In this document: positions 39,999-50,057 of the stretch, piece after piece
Layout of the letters: each line of letters starts with the position of its first letter
Position numbering within the stretch: the stretch's first letter is position 1
Source of the DNA: Myxococcota bacterium
GTDB taxonomy: Bacteria; Myxococcota_A; UBA796; CAJQPC01
DNA length: 64,000 nucleotides
Reading direction: 5' to 3'
Assembly (NCBI GenBank): GCA_036012755.1
Contig: DASCPX010000129.1
Location: 192,001-256,000 of the forward strand
Translations under genes and position numbers: made by a program
Notes under the pieces: generated by a model
The model's input: the letters and a program-made list of their open reading frames with translations, nothing else
What the model was told of the DNA's origin: nothing
Database searches by the model: none

Positions 39999-42900
39999 TT
40001 GTCCCATCCCTTCCATGCCAACGAGCCCGAAGCGGGCAGTTCGATCGGACCCTACCGGGTGCGAGCGCTCTTGGGGCGTGGCGGCATGGCCACCGTGCTG
40101 GAGGTGGAGGACACGCGGGATGGCTCGATCCGGGCGCTGAAGCTCCTCCACTCGGAGCTCGCAGACGAAGAGGTCCAGGCGCGCTTCGACGTCGAGTTCC
40201 GCACCCTGTCCGCGCTGGAGTCCCCAAACATCCTGCGGGTCTACGAGGCCGGCGTCCACGATGGCCTGCCCTGGTTCACGATGGACAAGCTCGATGGGCA
40301 CGATCTTCGCCGTGAAGTCGACGGGTGGCGGGACCTCCCCCCGAGTGAGCGCTTCACCCGCGCCGAGTCCATCCTCGCCGACGTCGCCGACGCCCTCGCG
40401 TACATCCACGAGCGAGGCCTGGTCCATCGTGACGTGACCCCGGGGAACGTCATGATCGTCGACGGCCGCGGGATGCTCACGGACTTCGGAGTCGTGCACA
40501 CTCCGGGAGCCGAGCTCACGACGGTCGGTGAGATGGTGGGCACTGTCAGCTACATCGCGCCGGAGCAGATCTCCAGCGAGGTGAACGGGGGCAAGGTCGA
40601 CAGTCGAGCGGATCTCTACGCCCTCGGAGGTGTGCTCTACCTCATGCTCACCGGGCGTCGTCCCTTCACCGCGACGACCATTCCGAGCCTCCTCGAGAAG
40701 CAGCTCCATGCTGCGCCCCGTCCCCCTCGAGACGTGGCCCCCACGGTGCCAGCCCACCTCGACGAGATCTGCCTGCGACTGCTCGAGAAGGACCCGGCGC
40801 AGCGCTACGGATCGGCACGGCACCTCCTCTCGATCCTCGATCGGCGGGCCGCGGCGCTGGAGCATGTCGACCTCCGCCACTGGCCGCCTCGCCTGGTCGG
40901 TCGCACGGGGGAGCTCTCCGTGCTCCGAGAGGCCCTCTCCGCCCTGGCCGCGAGCCGAGGCGGCGCCGTGCTGGTCGAGGCTCCGAGCGGCTTCGGGAAG
41001 GCGCGGCTCTTGGAGGCCGTGCTGGACCAGGCCCGCGAGCTTGGCCTGCCGGTCGCCAGGGGCCGGTGCACTCCTGGCGAGACGTGGACGGGCTTTCGCG
41101 GTGTGCTGGAGGATCTGGCGCCGCCGGAGCTCCCAGCCGCGTTGTCGGTGGCCTTCAGCGACGCCGAGGGCGAGATCAGCCAGTACCAGGTCCACGCGGC
41201 CTTCCGCGACCTGCTGCGCGCGGAGCTGCCTCGAGTGGTCGTCCTCGACAAGCTGGAGCGGGCCGATCGGGGCACCCTGGCGCTCCTGGACTTCCTCGCG
41301 CGAAACCACCTGTTCCTCGCCGATGACCCTGTGTTGTTCATCCTGGCCCGCCGCGCGCTGGAGACGACGGACAGCGATCCGCTCGGAGAGCTGCTCGAGG
41401 ACGGGCTCATCGAGAGGGTCCCGCTGCTGCCGATCAGCGTCACCGCGGTCGAGGAACTCCTGCTCCAGCTCATCCCGGCCGACAGCCGTGCCCGAACCCT
41501 CGCCCAGCGTCTCCACCGCGAGGGAGAGGGCAACCTCCACTTCATCGGCGAGATGATCCATGGCCTCGTCGACCAGGGCGTCATCACGGAGGAGGCTCCG
41601 GGTCGCTACGTGCTCGGCCTGGAGATCAGTCACGTCTCGCGGGCGCGCCTGCCGATCCCGTCGTCGATTCGAGAGGCCCTCGAGGAGCGCCTCTCGGCCT
41701 TGCGGCCTGCCGCGCTCCAGGTCGCCGAGGCGCTCGCCCTGTGTCGCCACGAGGTCGCGCTGGAGGTCCTCGAAGAGGCGCTGTCGCTGCCAGAGGAGAG
41801 GGTGCTCGCGCTCTTGGAGGAGCTCCTCGACCACCACGTCGTGCGCACCCGTGTCGTCGGGCTCGACGAGCTCTACGACCTGGCCCAGGCTCGCTTGCGC
41901 GATGTCCTGGTCCAGCGCGCCGATCCACTCCGGGCCCGGCAGCTCCACCGCCGACTTGGGTGCGCGCTCGAGCGTCTGTACCGCCACCAGCTCTCGACCG
42001 TCCTGGAGAGCATCGCCTTCCACTTCGAGCAGGGCGAGGTGCCCGCGAAGGCCTACCCCTACCTGGTCCAGGCGGGTCGGCGGCTCCAGGAGCGCAGCTT
42101 CGTCATCGAGTCCAAGGAGTTCTACGAGCGCGCTCTGTCCCTCGAGCCAGAGGCTCGGGAGTTCATGACGCTCGAGTCGGCGGATCGGCAGCTCGCGGAG
42201 CTCCGCCTGGTCACGGGCCAGGTCGAGTTCCACCTGGGGGACTGGACACGAGCCGAAGAGGAGGTTCGCGCCGCGGACGCGCTCGCCAGGGAGATCGACG
42301 ACGATCGCCTGCGCACCCGTACGCTGGCGGAGCTGGGCACCCTGGCTCGCCGCCAGGGCCGTGTCGACCAGGCCGAGGCCTGCCTCAAGGAGGCCCTGTT
42401 GCTCGCCACGACCCTTGGTGAACCGCGCCTGCGGATGGCCCCGCTGCTCGGACTCGCCGGCGTGCGCTGGAGTCACGGGGACCTTGGCGGTGCCCGCCAG
42501 ATCTGGCTCGAGGCGATGGTGGCCGCCAACGCCGCTCGGAGCGACGTCAACCGGGCTCGTGCGCTCAACGGCCTGGGCCTCGTGGCCCTCTGTCGCGGCC
42601 AGGCTGCCGACGCCCGACGGCACCTCGAAGAAGCCGCAGATGTCTTCGGGCGGCTCGGCAAGCTCTCCCCCCTCGTCGTCGCCCGGGTCAACCTCGTCGA
42701 GCTGTACCACTGCACCGGGAACCTGAGAAAGGGACTCAAGCTCGCCGATCGGACCATCTCCCAGGCCAGGGAGATTCGCTACACCTACGGCGTCGCCCTC
42801 GGTCTCCAGTACCGCTCGATGATCCTCGTTGACGTCGGTCGGCTCGCGGAGGCAGAGGAGAACGCGACGGAGGCCATGCGCATCATCTCCACCTTCGAGG

Positions 42901-43424
42901 CGAGCGAGGACGAGCTGGCGATCCTGGCTTCACACGTGCGCATCGCCCTTGGACGGGGGGATCTCGGCATCGCCTCCCAGCGGGTCGAAGAGGGCATCGC
43001 CCGCCTCCAGAGCCACGACGTCGAAGGCTACGCGCCGCTGTTCTACGCCTGGCGCGCCCGCTGCCTCGCGCGCGACGGAGACCTCGAGGCCGTCTTGGAG
43101 GCGATCGCCCGGGCGGATGCCGAGGCCGGTCGCCATTGGCCCCACCAGGAGTGCCGGCTGGACATCATCGCAGCCCGGGCGCTCGGTGCTGTCGGGGACG
43201 CCCAGGGTGCCGTCGAGCGCGCAAGCCGCGCCTTGAAGAGAGCGGACGGATGCGGCTATCGGTTCTACTCCTTGAAGGCCCACGGCTTGATCGCGACCTA
43301 TGCCACCGACGAGAGCACCCTCGCCATGCACCGCAGGGTTGCGCGTGCTCTGTCCAAGAGCCTCGCCTCCAACCTCTCTCGCGACGACAGCGTCGCGTTC
43401 TCGGAGCTACACGGGATCGAATGA
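39999..43424 (+). CDS. Ser/Thr kinase - P-loop ATPase - TPR protein
   Basis: LGRGGMATV, ALK, HRDVTPGN, DFG and APE motifs, Walker A APSGFGKA and C-terminal TPRs. Start uncertain. Confidence 0.88.
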   Translation: MSHPFHANEPEAGSSIGPYRVRALLGRGGMATVLEVEDTRDGSIRALKLLHSELADEEVQARFDVEFRTLSALESPNILRVYEAGVHDGLPWFTMDKLDGHDLRREVDGWRDLPPSERFTRAESILADVADALAYIHERGLVHRDVTPGNVMIVDGRGMLTDFGVVHTPGAELTTVGEMVGTVSYIAPEQISSEVNGGKVDSRADLYALGGVLYLMLTGRRPFTATTIPSLLEKQLHAAPRPPRDVAPTVPAHLDEICLRLLEKDPAQRYGSARHLLSILDRRAAALEHVDLRHWPPRLVGRTGELSVLREALSALAASRGGAVLVEAPSGFGKARLLEAVLDQARELGLPVARGRCTPGETWTGFRGVLEDLAPPELPAALSVAFSDAEGEISQYQVHAAFRDLLRAELPRVVVLDKLERADRGTLALLDFLARNHLFLADDPVLFILARRALETTDSDPLGELLEDGLIERVPLLPISVTAVEELLLQLIPADSRARTLAQRLHREGEGNLHFIGEMIHGLVDQGVITEEAPGRYVLGLEISHVSRARLPIPSSIREALEERLSALRPAALQVAEALALCRHEVALEVLEEALSLPEERVLALLEELLDHHVVRTRVVGLDELYDLAQARLRDVLVQRADPLRARQLHRRLGCALERLYRHQLSTVLESIAFHFEQGEVPAKAYPYLVQAGRRLQERSFVIESKEFYERALSLEPEAREFMTLESADRQLAELRLVTGQVEFHLGDWTRAEEEVRAADALAREIDDDRLRTRTLAELGTLARRQGRVDQAEACLKEALLLATTLGEPRLRMAPLLGLAGVRWSHGDLGGARQIWLEAMVAANAARSDVNRARALNGLGLVALCRGQAADARRHLEEAADVFGRLGKLSPLVVARVNLVELYHCTGNLRKGLKLADRTISQAREIRYTYGVALGLQYRSMILVDVGRLAEAEENATEAMRIISTFEASEDELAILASHVRIALGRGDLGIASQRVEEGIARLQSHDVEGYAPLFYAWRARCLARDGDLEAVLEAIARADAEAGRHWPHQECRLDIIAARALGAVGDAQGAVERASRALKRADGCGYRFYSLKAHGLIATYATDESTLAMHRRVARALSKSLASNLSRDDSVAFSELHGIE

Positions 43425-46400
43425 GCGCTCGGTTGCTCGGACCTCCGCCTGGGACCGGCGCAACGGTCGGTCCCTACCGTCTGCTCGACAAGGTCGGGCA
43501 AGGCGGGCTCGCCACCGTCTACCGGGCCTGTGGCCTCGAGGGTGAGATCGTTGCCCTCAAGGTGATGAACCCGGAGAAGACCACCGAGGAGCAGGTCAAG
43601 CGGATCGAGCGGGAGTTCAAGGCGATGCGCAGGGCGGACTCCCCCTACGTCGTAGAGGTCATCACTTCGGGAGAGCACGAGGGCTACCCCTGGCTCGCGT
43701 TGGAGTTCGTGGAGGGCGACACGCTCGACGGAGCCATCCGAGGCATCCTCGAGCACCCGGCGCCCGAGCGGTGGGACGAGGTCGAGAGGCTCCTGCGCGG
43801 ACTCCTCCAGGCCCTTGCTCACATCCACGGCATGGGCATGGTGCACCGCGACCTGAAGCCGTCGAACGTGATGGTGACCAGGGACGGGCTGCCGAAGCTG
43901 ACTGACTTCGGCTCGGTCAAGGCGCCCGACGCATTCACTACGAACCTCACGATGGCCGGCCATCTCGTCGGTACCGTCGCGTTCATGGCGCCGGAGCAGA
44001 TCACGGAGGATCGCATCGACCACCGCGCCGATCTGTATGCCCTCGGCGCGACTCTGTACGTGATGCTCACGGGACGCAGGGCGGTCGAGGCGGACAGCAT
44101 CGCTGGCTACCTGGCCAAGCACCTCATGGAGGACCCGCGGCCCCCTGCCGAGGTCGACTCGCTCGTTCCGGTCAAGCTCTCCCGCATCTGTATGCGGTTG
44201 ATGAAGAAGGACCCGGAGCAGCGTTTCCCGAGCGCAGAGGCCGTCATCGAAGCCCTCGACGCCCCTGACGAGGTCCAGCGCATCGCCTTGCAGGGACGCG
44301 AGGCGGCGCTCCGCCAGGTGGAGCTGCAGCTCGCCGGCCTCCGTCGCGGAGAGGGGCGGGCGGTCGCCCTCATCGGACGGCCCGGGTCGGGGCGGTCAGC
44401 GATGTTGAGCGCCATCGAGGTGGCCGCCGCCGAGGCAGGCCTGCCCTGTGGACGCCTGGACTTCCCCCTGTCCGCGAGCATCGAGCGTGGCCTGATGAAG
44501 TGCATCCCCGGCAAGGGCAGCTTCCGGAAGCGCCTCCGGGCTGGCGCCGTCCTGCTCCTCGACGACCTGGACCAGGCGCGGGACGCGGACATCAGGACGC
44601 TGGAGGCCATCCTCCGGGACCAGGATCTGCAGCGCAGCGTGCTGCTGTACTACAGCCTCGAAGGGGCCGCCGGCGAGGGCCTCCCGACCGCCACCGCGGA
44701 GCTCCTGGACCGCCTCGTGTCGAACCTGTTGCTCGACCCCTTCGAGTCGCCGCTTCTGTGTGTGCCGCTGAGCGCGAGGCAGGTAGTGGCGATGATGCGG
44801 GACCATGGACTCAGCGGTTCCGCCGCAGCCACGATCGGGCGACGTCTCCACCAGCACTGCCGCGGCTACCCCCGCGAGGTCCGCGGGCAGCTGGCGACCT
44901 TGGAGGCGAGCGCCTGGCTTCGCCGACAGCCGGACGGGCAGCTCGAGCTCACCGTGCCGCTGTCGAGGGTCCAGGACGACCGGCTGCCGGTTCCCGACAC
45001 CCGACGGCGTGAGATCCTGGAGATCTTCGAGGCCCTCGCTGGTGCGACGCGACGGGCGGTCAAGGCCATGTCGGTCCTGGGCCAGGATGTCGAGGCGACC
45101 GTGCTGGAGTCGATGTGCTCCGGGGCCGGCACGGCCCTGCTCGCGCCAGGGGCCGAGGCCATCGTCCTGAGGCGCGCGGAGGGCCTGCACGAGATCTTCC
45201 GGTTCAGTCGACCGGAGACCAGGCAGGTGGTCTATGACCAGCTCTCCCCCGAGGAGCGTGCTTCGCTGCACAAGAAGGCGGCGGATCTACTCCTGGCCCG
45301 CCACCAGCGGCGCATCGGGTCCATCGCCGAGAACGCCGCGCAGCACTTGCTGGCAGCCGGTGAGGCGGGGCGGGCCTACCCCTTGCTGGTCGTCGCCGCC
45401 CAGCGAGCTGCCCGCAAGCGCAAGCTCCGAGAGGCCCGTGTCCTGGTGGAGAAGGCGCTGCAGGTCCGCGAGTGGGGCAAGGACGAGCTCTCCGACACCC
45501 TCGATCCCAAGCTCCACCAGCAGGCCCTGGCTGTTCGGGGCGAGGTGCTGCTCGCCATGGGCCGTCCGGAAGACGCGAGGGCTTCGCTGGAGGCTGCCCT
45601 CCAGATCGCCGAGCAGGGAGTCGCCGACCCGGTGCTCGTCGAGGTCCGGGCCAGGCTCGGCATGGCGCTGGTCGATCTCGGGCGTCCGGCCGAGGGACGA
45701 GCTCACCTCGAGGCGGCGCTGAGCGAGCTCGACCTGGGCTCGCCCGTGCGCTTCCCGACGACCCGGTCGTTGGCGGATGCCCTCGTCGCCGAGGGCCGGG
45801 TCGACGAGGCCACCGAGACCTGGAAGGAGGCGCTCGCCGCGGCCCGGGAGGAGGGCTCGCCAGGTCGCGAGGGCAGCTGCCTGCTCGGCATCGGAGAGCT
45901 CGAGCTGAGGCGCGGAAACCCGATGACAGCAGCTCGTGCGCTGGAGATGTCGGAGGGCCGCCTCCGCCAGGGTCGCCTGGTCCGTCCGCTGGCGATCTGC
46001 CTCGAGCGCTTAGCGGACCTGGCGCTGTTGGACGGACGCTTCCGGGCCTGCATCGCTCGGGCTGACGAGGCGATCCGTCTATCGAACGAGCTGGATCTCC
46101 TGGACGTCGGGCTTCGGGCGCGCCTGCACAAAGCGGAGGCCCTGCTCAGCGCTGGCGCTGACGACGACACGCGGGCGTTGATCCAGGAGGTGCTCCGCCA
46201 GGAGCGAGCGTCGCTGGATCTCTGGTCGCTCACGACGCTCCACCACCTCGCGCTTCAGACCCTGGGCCACGCCAGCTCAGAGGGAATTCCCAGCAGCGAG
46301 ACTCCCCCCGAGTCGCCCCCGTCCAGCGTCGGGAAGTGGGAGCTGTACAGGGCGTGGGCCATGATCCGTGACGGGTCGACAGGCGCGGCGTTGACTCACG

Positions 46401-46600
46401 CCAAGCGCAGCGGCGTCGCGTCTCAGGGCCCGGGCCTGGCCGGAGTACGTATGGAGTCACTGCTCTGCCAGGCCACGCTCGGAGTCGAGGTCGGCAGCGA
46501 GCTCAAGGAGCTGGTGCAGCGCTCGCTGTCCGGCATGGCTCCAGAGATGCGCCGACCCTTCGTCGAGCGCCTGCGGAGGTTGGGGATCTTCAGGGGCTGA
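43421..46600 (+). CDS. Ser/Thr kinase - P-loop ATPase - TPR protein (paralog)
   Basis: VGQGGLATV, VALK, HRDLKPSN, DFG and APE motifs, Walker A GRPGSGRS, Walker B LLLDD and TPRs. ATGA overlap with the previous gene. Confidence 0.88.
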   Translation: MSARLLGPPPGTGATVGPYRLLDKVGQGGLATVYRACGLEGEIVALKVMNPEKTTEEQVKRIEREFKAMRRADSPYVVEVITSGEHEGYPWLALEFVEGDTLDGAIRGILEHPAPERWDEVERLLRGLLQALAHIHGMGMVHRDLKPSNVMVTRDGLPKLTDFGSVKAPDAFTTNLTMAGHLVGTVAFMAPEQITEDRIDHRADLYALGATLYVMLTGRRAVEADSIAGYLAKHLMEDPRPPAEVDSLVPVKLSRICMRLMKKDPEQRFPSAEAVIEALDAPDEVQRIALQGREAALRQVELQLAGLRRGEGRAVALIGRPGSGRSAMLSAIEVAAAEAGLPCGRLDFPLSASIERGLMKCIPGKGSFRKRLRAGAVLLLDDLDQARDADIRTLEAILRDQDLQRSVLLYYSLEGAAGEGLPTATAELLDRLVSNLLLDPFESPLLCVPLSARQVVAMMRDHGLSGSAAATIGRRLHQHCRGYPREVRGQLATLEASAWLRRQPDGQLELTVPLSRVQDDRLPVPDTRRREILEIFEALAGATRRAVKAMSVLGQDVEATVLESMCSGAGTALLAPGAEAIVLRRAEGLHEIFRFSRPETRQVVYDQLSPEERASLHKKAADLLLARHQRRIGSIAENAAQHLLAAGEAGRAYPLLVVAAQRAARKRKLREARVLVEKALQVREWGKDELSDTLDPKLHQQALAVRGEVLLAMGRPEDARASLEAALQIAEQGVADPVLVEVRARLGMALVDLGRPAEGRAHLEAALSELDLGSPVRFPTTRSLADALVAEGRVDEATETWKEALAAAREEGSPGREGSCLLGIGELELRRGNPMTAARALEMSEGRLRQGRLVRPLAICLERLADLALLDGRFRACIARADEAIRLSNELDLLDVGLRARLHKAEALLSAGADDDTRALIQEVLRQERASLDLWSLTTLHHLALQTLGHASSEGIPSSETPPESPPSSVGKWELYRAWAMIRDGSTGAALTHAKRSGVASQGPGLAGVRMESLLCQATLGVEVGSELKELVQRSLSGMAPEMRRPFVERLRRLGIFRG

Positions 46601-46674
46601 GCCAGGCGCCGGTGGTCCGCGGGCTCGCCGCGGGTCGGTTTCCAAGCTAGGTGGGCCATCACCCTGGAGGGTCC

Positions 46675-46965
46675 ATGTCCTTGTTCCTCGTCCTCGCCTG
46701 CACCGCCGATGTCGACCCCGAGCAGCTCGACGCTATCCTCGCGCTAGAAGGTGACCCCGACGCCGGAGACTCCCTCTTCGTCGAGGACTGCGAGGGATGC
46801 CACGGACCGGGTGGGGACGGCAGCGCCAGCGCGGTCGCGCTCGAAGGGGGAGACTCCGAGGGCACGGCGGATGCCCTCCTCGCGGGACCTGGGGTGATGC
46901 CGAGCTTCGCCGACGAGTCCGACCAGGACCTCGCCGACCTCGTCGCCTACGTGGACGAGCTCTGA
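46675..46965 (+). CDS. Monohaem cytochrome c lipoprotein
   Basis: CEGCH haem motif, distal GVMPSF Met ligand, MSLFLVLAC start and GGAGG RBS. Confidence 0.85.
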   Translation: MSLFLVLACTADVDPEQLDAILALEGDPDAGDSLFVEDCEGCHGPGGDGSASAVALEGGDSEGTADALLAGPGVMPSFADESDQDLADLVAYVDEL

Positions 46966-47717
46966 TGCGCCTCGGGCTCGTCGACAAGGTCGCCGTGGTC
47001 ACGGGTGGGAGCCGAGGCATCGGCGCCGCCCTGGTGAGGGGCCTCGTCTCCGAGGGAGTCTGTGTCGCTTTCAACCACCTCGGAGACGGCGACAACGCCA
47101 GGTCCCTGGTCGAGGAGCTCGAGGCTGCGGGGGGCCGTGTCCTGGCCATCGAGTCCGACGTCGCGGACCCCGACGCCACAGAGGCCCTGTTCGTGCGGGT
47201 CGAGGAGGAGCTGGGGCCTGTCTCCATACTGGTCAACAACGCTGGCATCACCCGTGACGGTGTCGTGTGGAAGATGGAGGACAGCGCCTGGGACGCGGTC
47301 CTCGGCGTCAACCTCAAGGGCAGCTTCAACTTCTGCCGTTCGGCTGCCGTGCGCTTCCGAGCCAGGGGGGGGCCCGGCCGCATCGTGAACGTGGCCTCGA
47401 TCAACGGTCTCCGCGGCAAGTTCGGTCAGGTGAACTACTCGGCGAGCAAGGGAGGCATCATCGCGATGAGCAAGACGCTCGCCCGTGAGCTGGGCCGCTT
47501 CGGCGTGACGGTGAACGCGCTGGCGCCTGGCATGGTGCTCACCCCAATGGCAGAGGGCCTGCCGGAGGCGGTCCTCGACAAGGCCCGCGCCGAGACTGTG
47601 CTGGGTCGTCTGGCGGCCCCCGGGGACATCGCTGACTGTGTCCTCTTCCTCGTCTCCGACCGGGCCCGTCACATCACGGGGCAGTGCATCCAGGTGGACG
47701 GTGGGCAGTTGATGTAG
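46965..47717 (+). CDS. SDR family oxidoreductase (FabG/acetoacetyl-CoA reductase-like)
   Basis: TGGSRGIG, NNAGITRD, YSASK and VDGG motifs. Confidence 0.9.
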   Translation: MRLGLVDKVAVVTGGSRGIGAALVRGLVSEGVCVAFNHLGDGDNARSLVEELEAAGGRVLAIESDVADPDATEALFVRVEEELGPVSILVNNAGITRDGVVWKMEDSAWDAVLGVNLKGSFNFCRSAAVRFRARGGPGRIVNVASINGLRGKFGQVNYSASKGGIIAMSKTLARELGRFGVTVNALAPGMVLTPMAEGLPEAVLDKARAETVLGRLAAPGDIADCVLFLVSDRARHITGQCIQVDGGQLM

Positions 47718-47818
47718 GTCACCAGCTCGTTTGACTCGAGACGGCGACGGTGACGTCCTGACGGGGAACGGCGGCGTCAACTGGTAGGGACGCGCTATAG
47801 CGGCGGCGCGAGGGTGCC

Positions 47819-48271
47819 ATGAAGCCGAGAGAGATCCTGTTGGGCCTGAAGACCGGGTTGTCGCTCGACGACGCGCAGGTCGCCGAGATCATCTCCATCG
47901 GCGGCCAGGAGCTGAGCGTCGATCGCTGCTCGAGGCTGACCGTTCGAGGCGCCGATGCGTGCAGCGGGCCGATGCTGGGGATCTTCCTCGAGGGCCTGGT
48001 CGAGAAGCACCGAGGGCCGCCATCCCAGCCTCGGAAGCCCTCGAAGTCCCCGACGAACAACGACGTGCTCAAGAAGGTCCGCGCGGCCCTTCAACTCCAC
48101 GAATCCGACGTCGTCGAGATCCTCGCGGCGGGCGGCCACACGCTGAACAAGCGCCATGTCGGGAGCTTCTTCCGCAAGCAGGGAAACAAGCACTTCCGGC
48201 CCTGCAGCGACGGGTTGGCGAGGGCCTTCTTCGAGGGCCTGGCGCTCCGGGGTCCTGCAGCGTCGGCGTAG
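47819..48271 (+). CDS. DUF1456 (YehS-like) protein
   Basis: Duplicated unit with NNDVLKKVRAALQL and FFRK.GNKHFRPCSD...FFEGL. Confidence 0.85.
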   Translation: MKPREILLGLKTGLSLDDAQVAEIISIGGQELSVDRCSRLTVRGADACSGPMLGIFLEGLVEKHRGPPSQPRKPSKSPTNNDVLKKVRAALQLHESDVVEILAAGGHTLNKRHVGSFFRKQGNKHFRPCSDGLARAFFEGLALRGPAASA

Positions 48272-48310
48272 GGACGTGCGGTGCTGAGCTTGGCCCCCGC
48301 GGCTGGGAGA

Positions 48311-49948
48311 TCACCAGCCCCAGGTCAGCAACTGGGCGTCCATCGTCCCGACCAACGGGTCGCCGTCTTCGGTCCCGGCCTCCTCGAACTCCACGTCGCC
48401 GAGGACATAGGACAACAGCTCGAAGTCCTCCATCGTCTCTGTCTCGTAGTAGAAGAGGGCAGCGACGGACTGGTCGAGGTCGACCTCCACGACCCCTGGG
48501 GCGAAGAGCTCGGGTTCCGCCACGAAATAGACCAGCAGGATCTCGGTGGGTGAGATCCAGGACACGAGGTAGAGCACCGGCTCCCCCTCCTCGGACCAGC
48601 CGGCCACGGCCCCGGTCTCTTCGGGCGCGAAGGTCTCGTCCCCCAGGTCCACCACGAGCTCCGCGTTGTCTGTGGAGAAGGGGTCGATCATCTCGATGCT
48701 TCCCCACCACGTGTCGAAGCTGGCGTCGATGCCGCCGACCAGCTGCATGCAGAAGCTGTCGCGCTGGCCGTAGGGCCACTCCTCGCCCAGGGCGGGCTCC
48801 AGGTCGCTGCGGCGACCCTCCACCACCCCCCTGACCTGCTCGATGGACTCGAAGACGGTCTCCCGTTCCTCGGAGTCGAGCTCCGGCTCGAGCAGCTCCT
48901 CCCAGGTGTCGATGCGCCCGAGCAGGACACTCTCGTCCCAGGGGCCAGCTAGCTGCGCGTTCATGGCGTCCAGGTAGATCTGCCGGCCCTCCGGGTGGTC
49001 GTAGAGCCGGTTCGCGAGCTGACCGAAGGCGTAGACAGAGGGCAAGCCCTCCTCTGTCTGGGCGAAGGCCTCGTCGATTCCCCAGGGGATGAAGCGGAAG
49101 CGCCCGCCGTCACCTGGGGCGGCGTAGATGTAGGTGTTGTTCGTGTTCCATGCGTAGCCGTCGACGTGGTTGATCAGGACCTCTGCCGCCCAGTGGTCGG
49201 CGAAGGCCTCGACGTCGACGACATCGTCGAGGGCATCGAGCAGCTCGTCATCGTCGACCTGCAGCGCACTGACCAGGGCGTCGATGTCGGACCAGTCGTC
49301 CTCGGCTTCGTTGTTCTTCTTCTCGATGGTCCCGGTCCACTCGGGTCGGAAGTCGCTGAGCGTCAGCTCGTAGAGGTTGCCGCTGGCGTCTCCGAAGTTC
49401 CGCTCGAGGATCGGGTCCTTGATCGGCTCGACGTTCACGTAGAGGCCGAGGTCATCACCGTTGACGCTGACTGTGGCGAAGCCGCATCGACTGGCGGGAA
49501 GGCCGGCGTCGTCGAAGTAGCCGTAGCCCAGGCACTGGCGCACCAGGGAGGGGTCCGAGTGGGAGTTGTTGAGCGTCAGGCGCTCGACGCCGTGGAAGTC
49601 CTGGTCCTCGAACTCGACGAGGTCCAGCTTCAGGGCCGGCTTGTCCTCGCTCAGGCTTCCCAGGAAGCCCTTCTTCCGCACGTCCACCCGCTCGAAGCGC
49701 TGACCGTCCAGGGTGACCGAGCCCTCGAACCATGTGAACGGACTCCCATAGGACTCCTCCTGGCAGTCCTCGCCGCCCAGGATGTCGAAGAAGTCACGGC
49801 TCTGGAGCCGCAGCTCGTCCCAGTCGTCCGGGTCCAGCTCGATCTCCACCTCGAGGAGGTGGTCGTAGACCAGCTCGGGCTGGGGCTCCACCGGGTCCAG
49901 GGCGGGGACGGTGGGCTTGCAGGCGCTCAGTGCGAGGAGGAGTGACAT
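48311..49948 (-). CDS. CotH kinase family lipoprotein
   Basis: VRKKG, LTLNN, GLYVNVE, DGYAWNTNN and IPWGID motifs. Start MSLLLALSAC. Confidence 0.88.
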   Translation of the reverse strand: MSLLLALSACKPTVPALDPVEPQPELVYDHLLEVEIELDPDDWDELRLQSRDFFDILGGEDCQEESYGSPFTWFEGSVTLDGQRFERVDVRKKGFLGSLSEDKPALKLDLVEFEDQDFHGVERLTLNNSHSDPSLVRQCLGYGYFDDAGLPASRCGFATVSVNGDDLGLYVNVEPIKDPILERNFGDASGNLYELTLSDFRPEWTGTIEKKNNEAEDDWSDIDALVSALQVDDDELLDALDDVVDVEAFADHWAAEVLINHVDGYAWNTNNTYIYAAPGDGGRFRFIPWGIDEAFAQTEEGLPSVYAFGQLANRLYDHPEGRQIYLDAMNAQLAGPWDESVLLGRIDTWEELLEPELDSEERETVFESIEQVRGVVEGRRSDLEPALGEEWPYGQRDSFCMQLVGGIDASFDTWWGSIEMIDPFSTDNAELVVDLGDETFAPEETGAVAGWSEEGEPVLYLVSWISPTEILLVYFVAEPELFAPGVVEVDLDQSVAALFYYETETMEDFELLSYVLGDVEFEEAGTEDGDPLVGTMDAQLLTWGW

Positions 49949-50057
49949 CGGGACTCCAAGGGTAGCCGCATCAGTGAGGCCTGGGCAGGATCCGGGTCAG
50001 GCCGTGCACCAGTAGGCGTGTCCCGGTACACTCTCCCGGCACCTTCCGAGAGCAACG

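Noticed and set aside
39174..42710. 1178-aa minus-strand ORF
   Set aside because: Only the last ~260 aa are the PP2C. The rest is the antisense shadow of the kinase gene, which is common in high-GC DNA.
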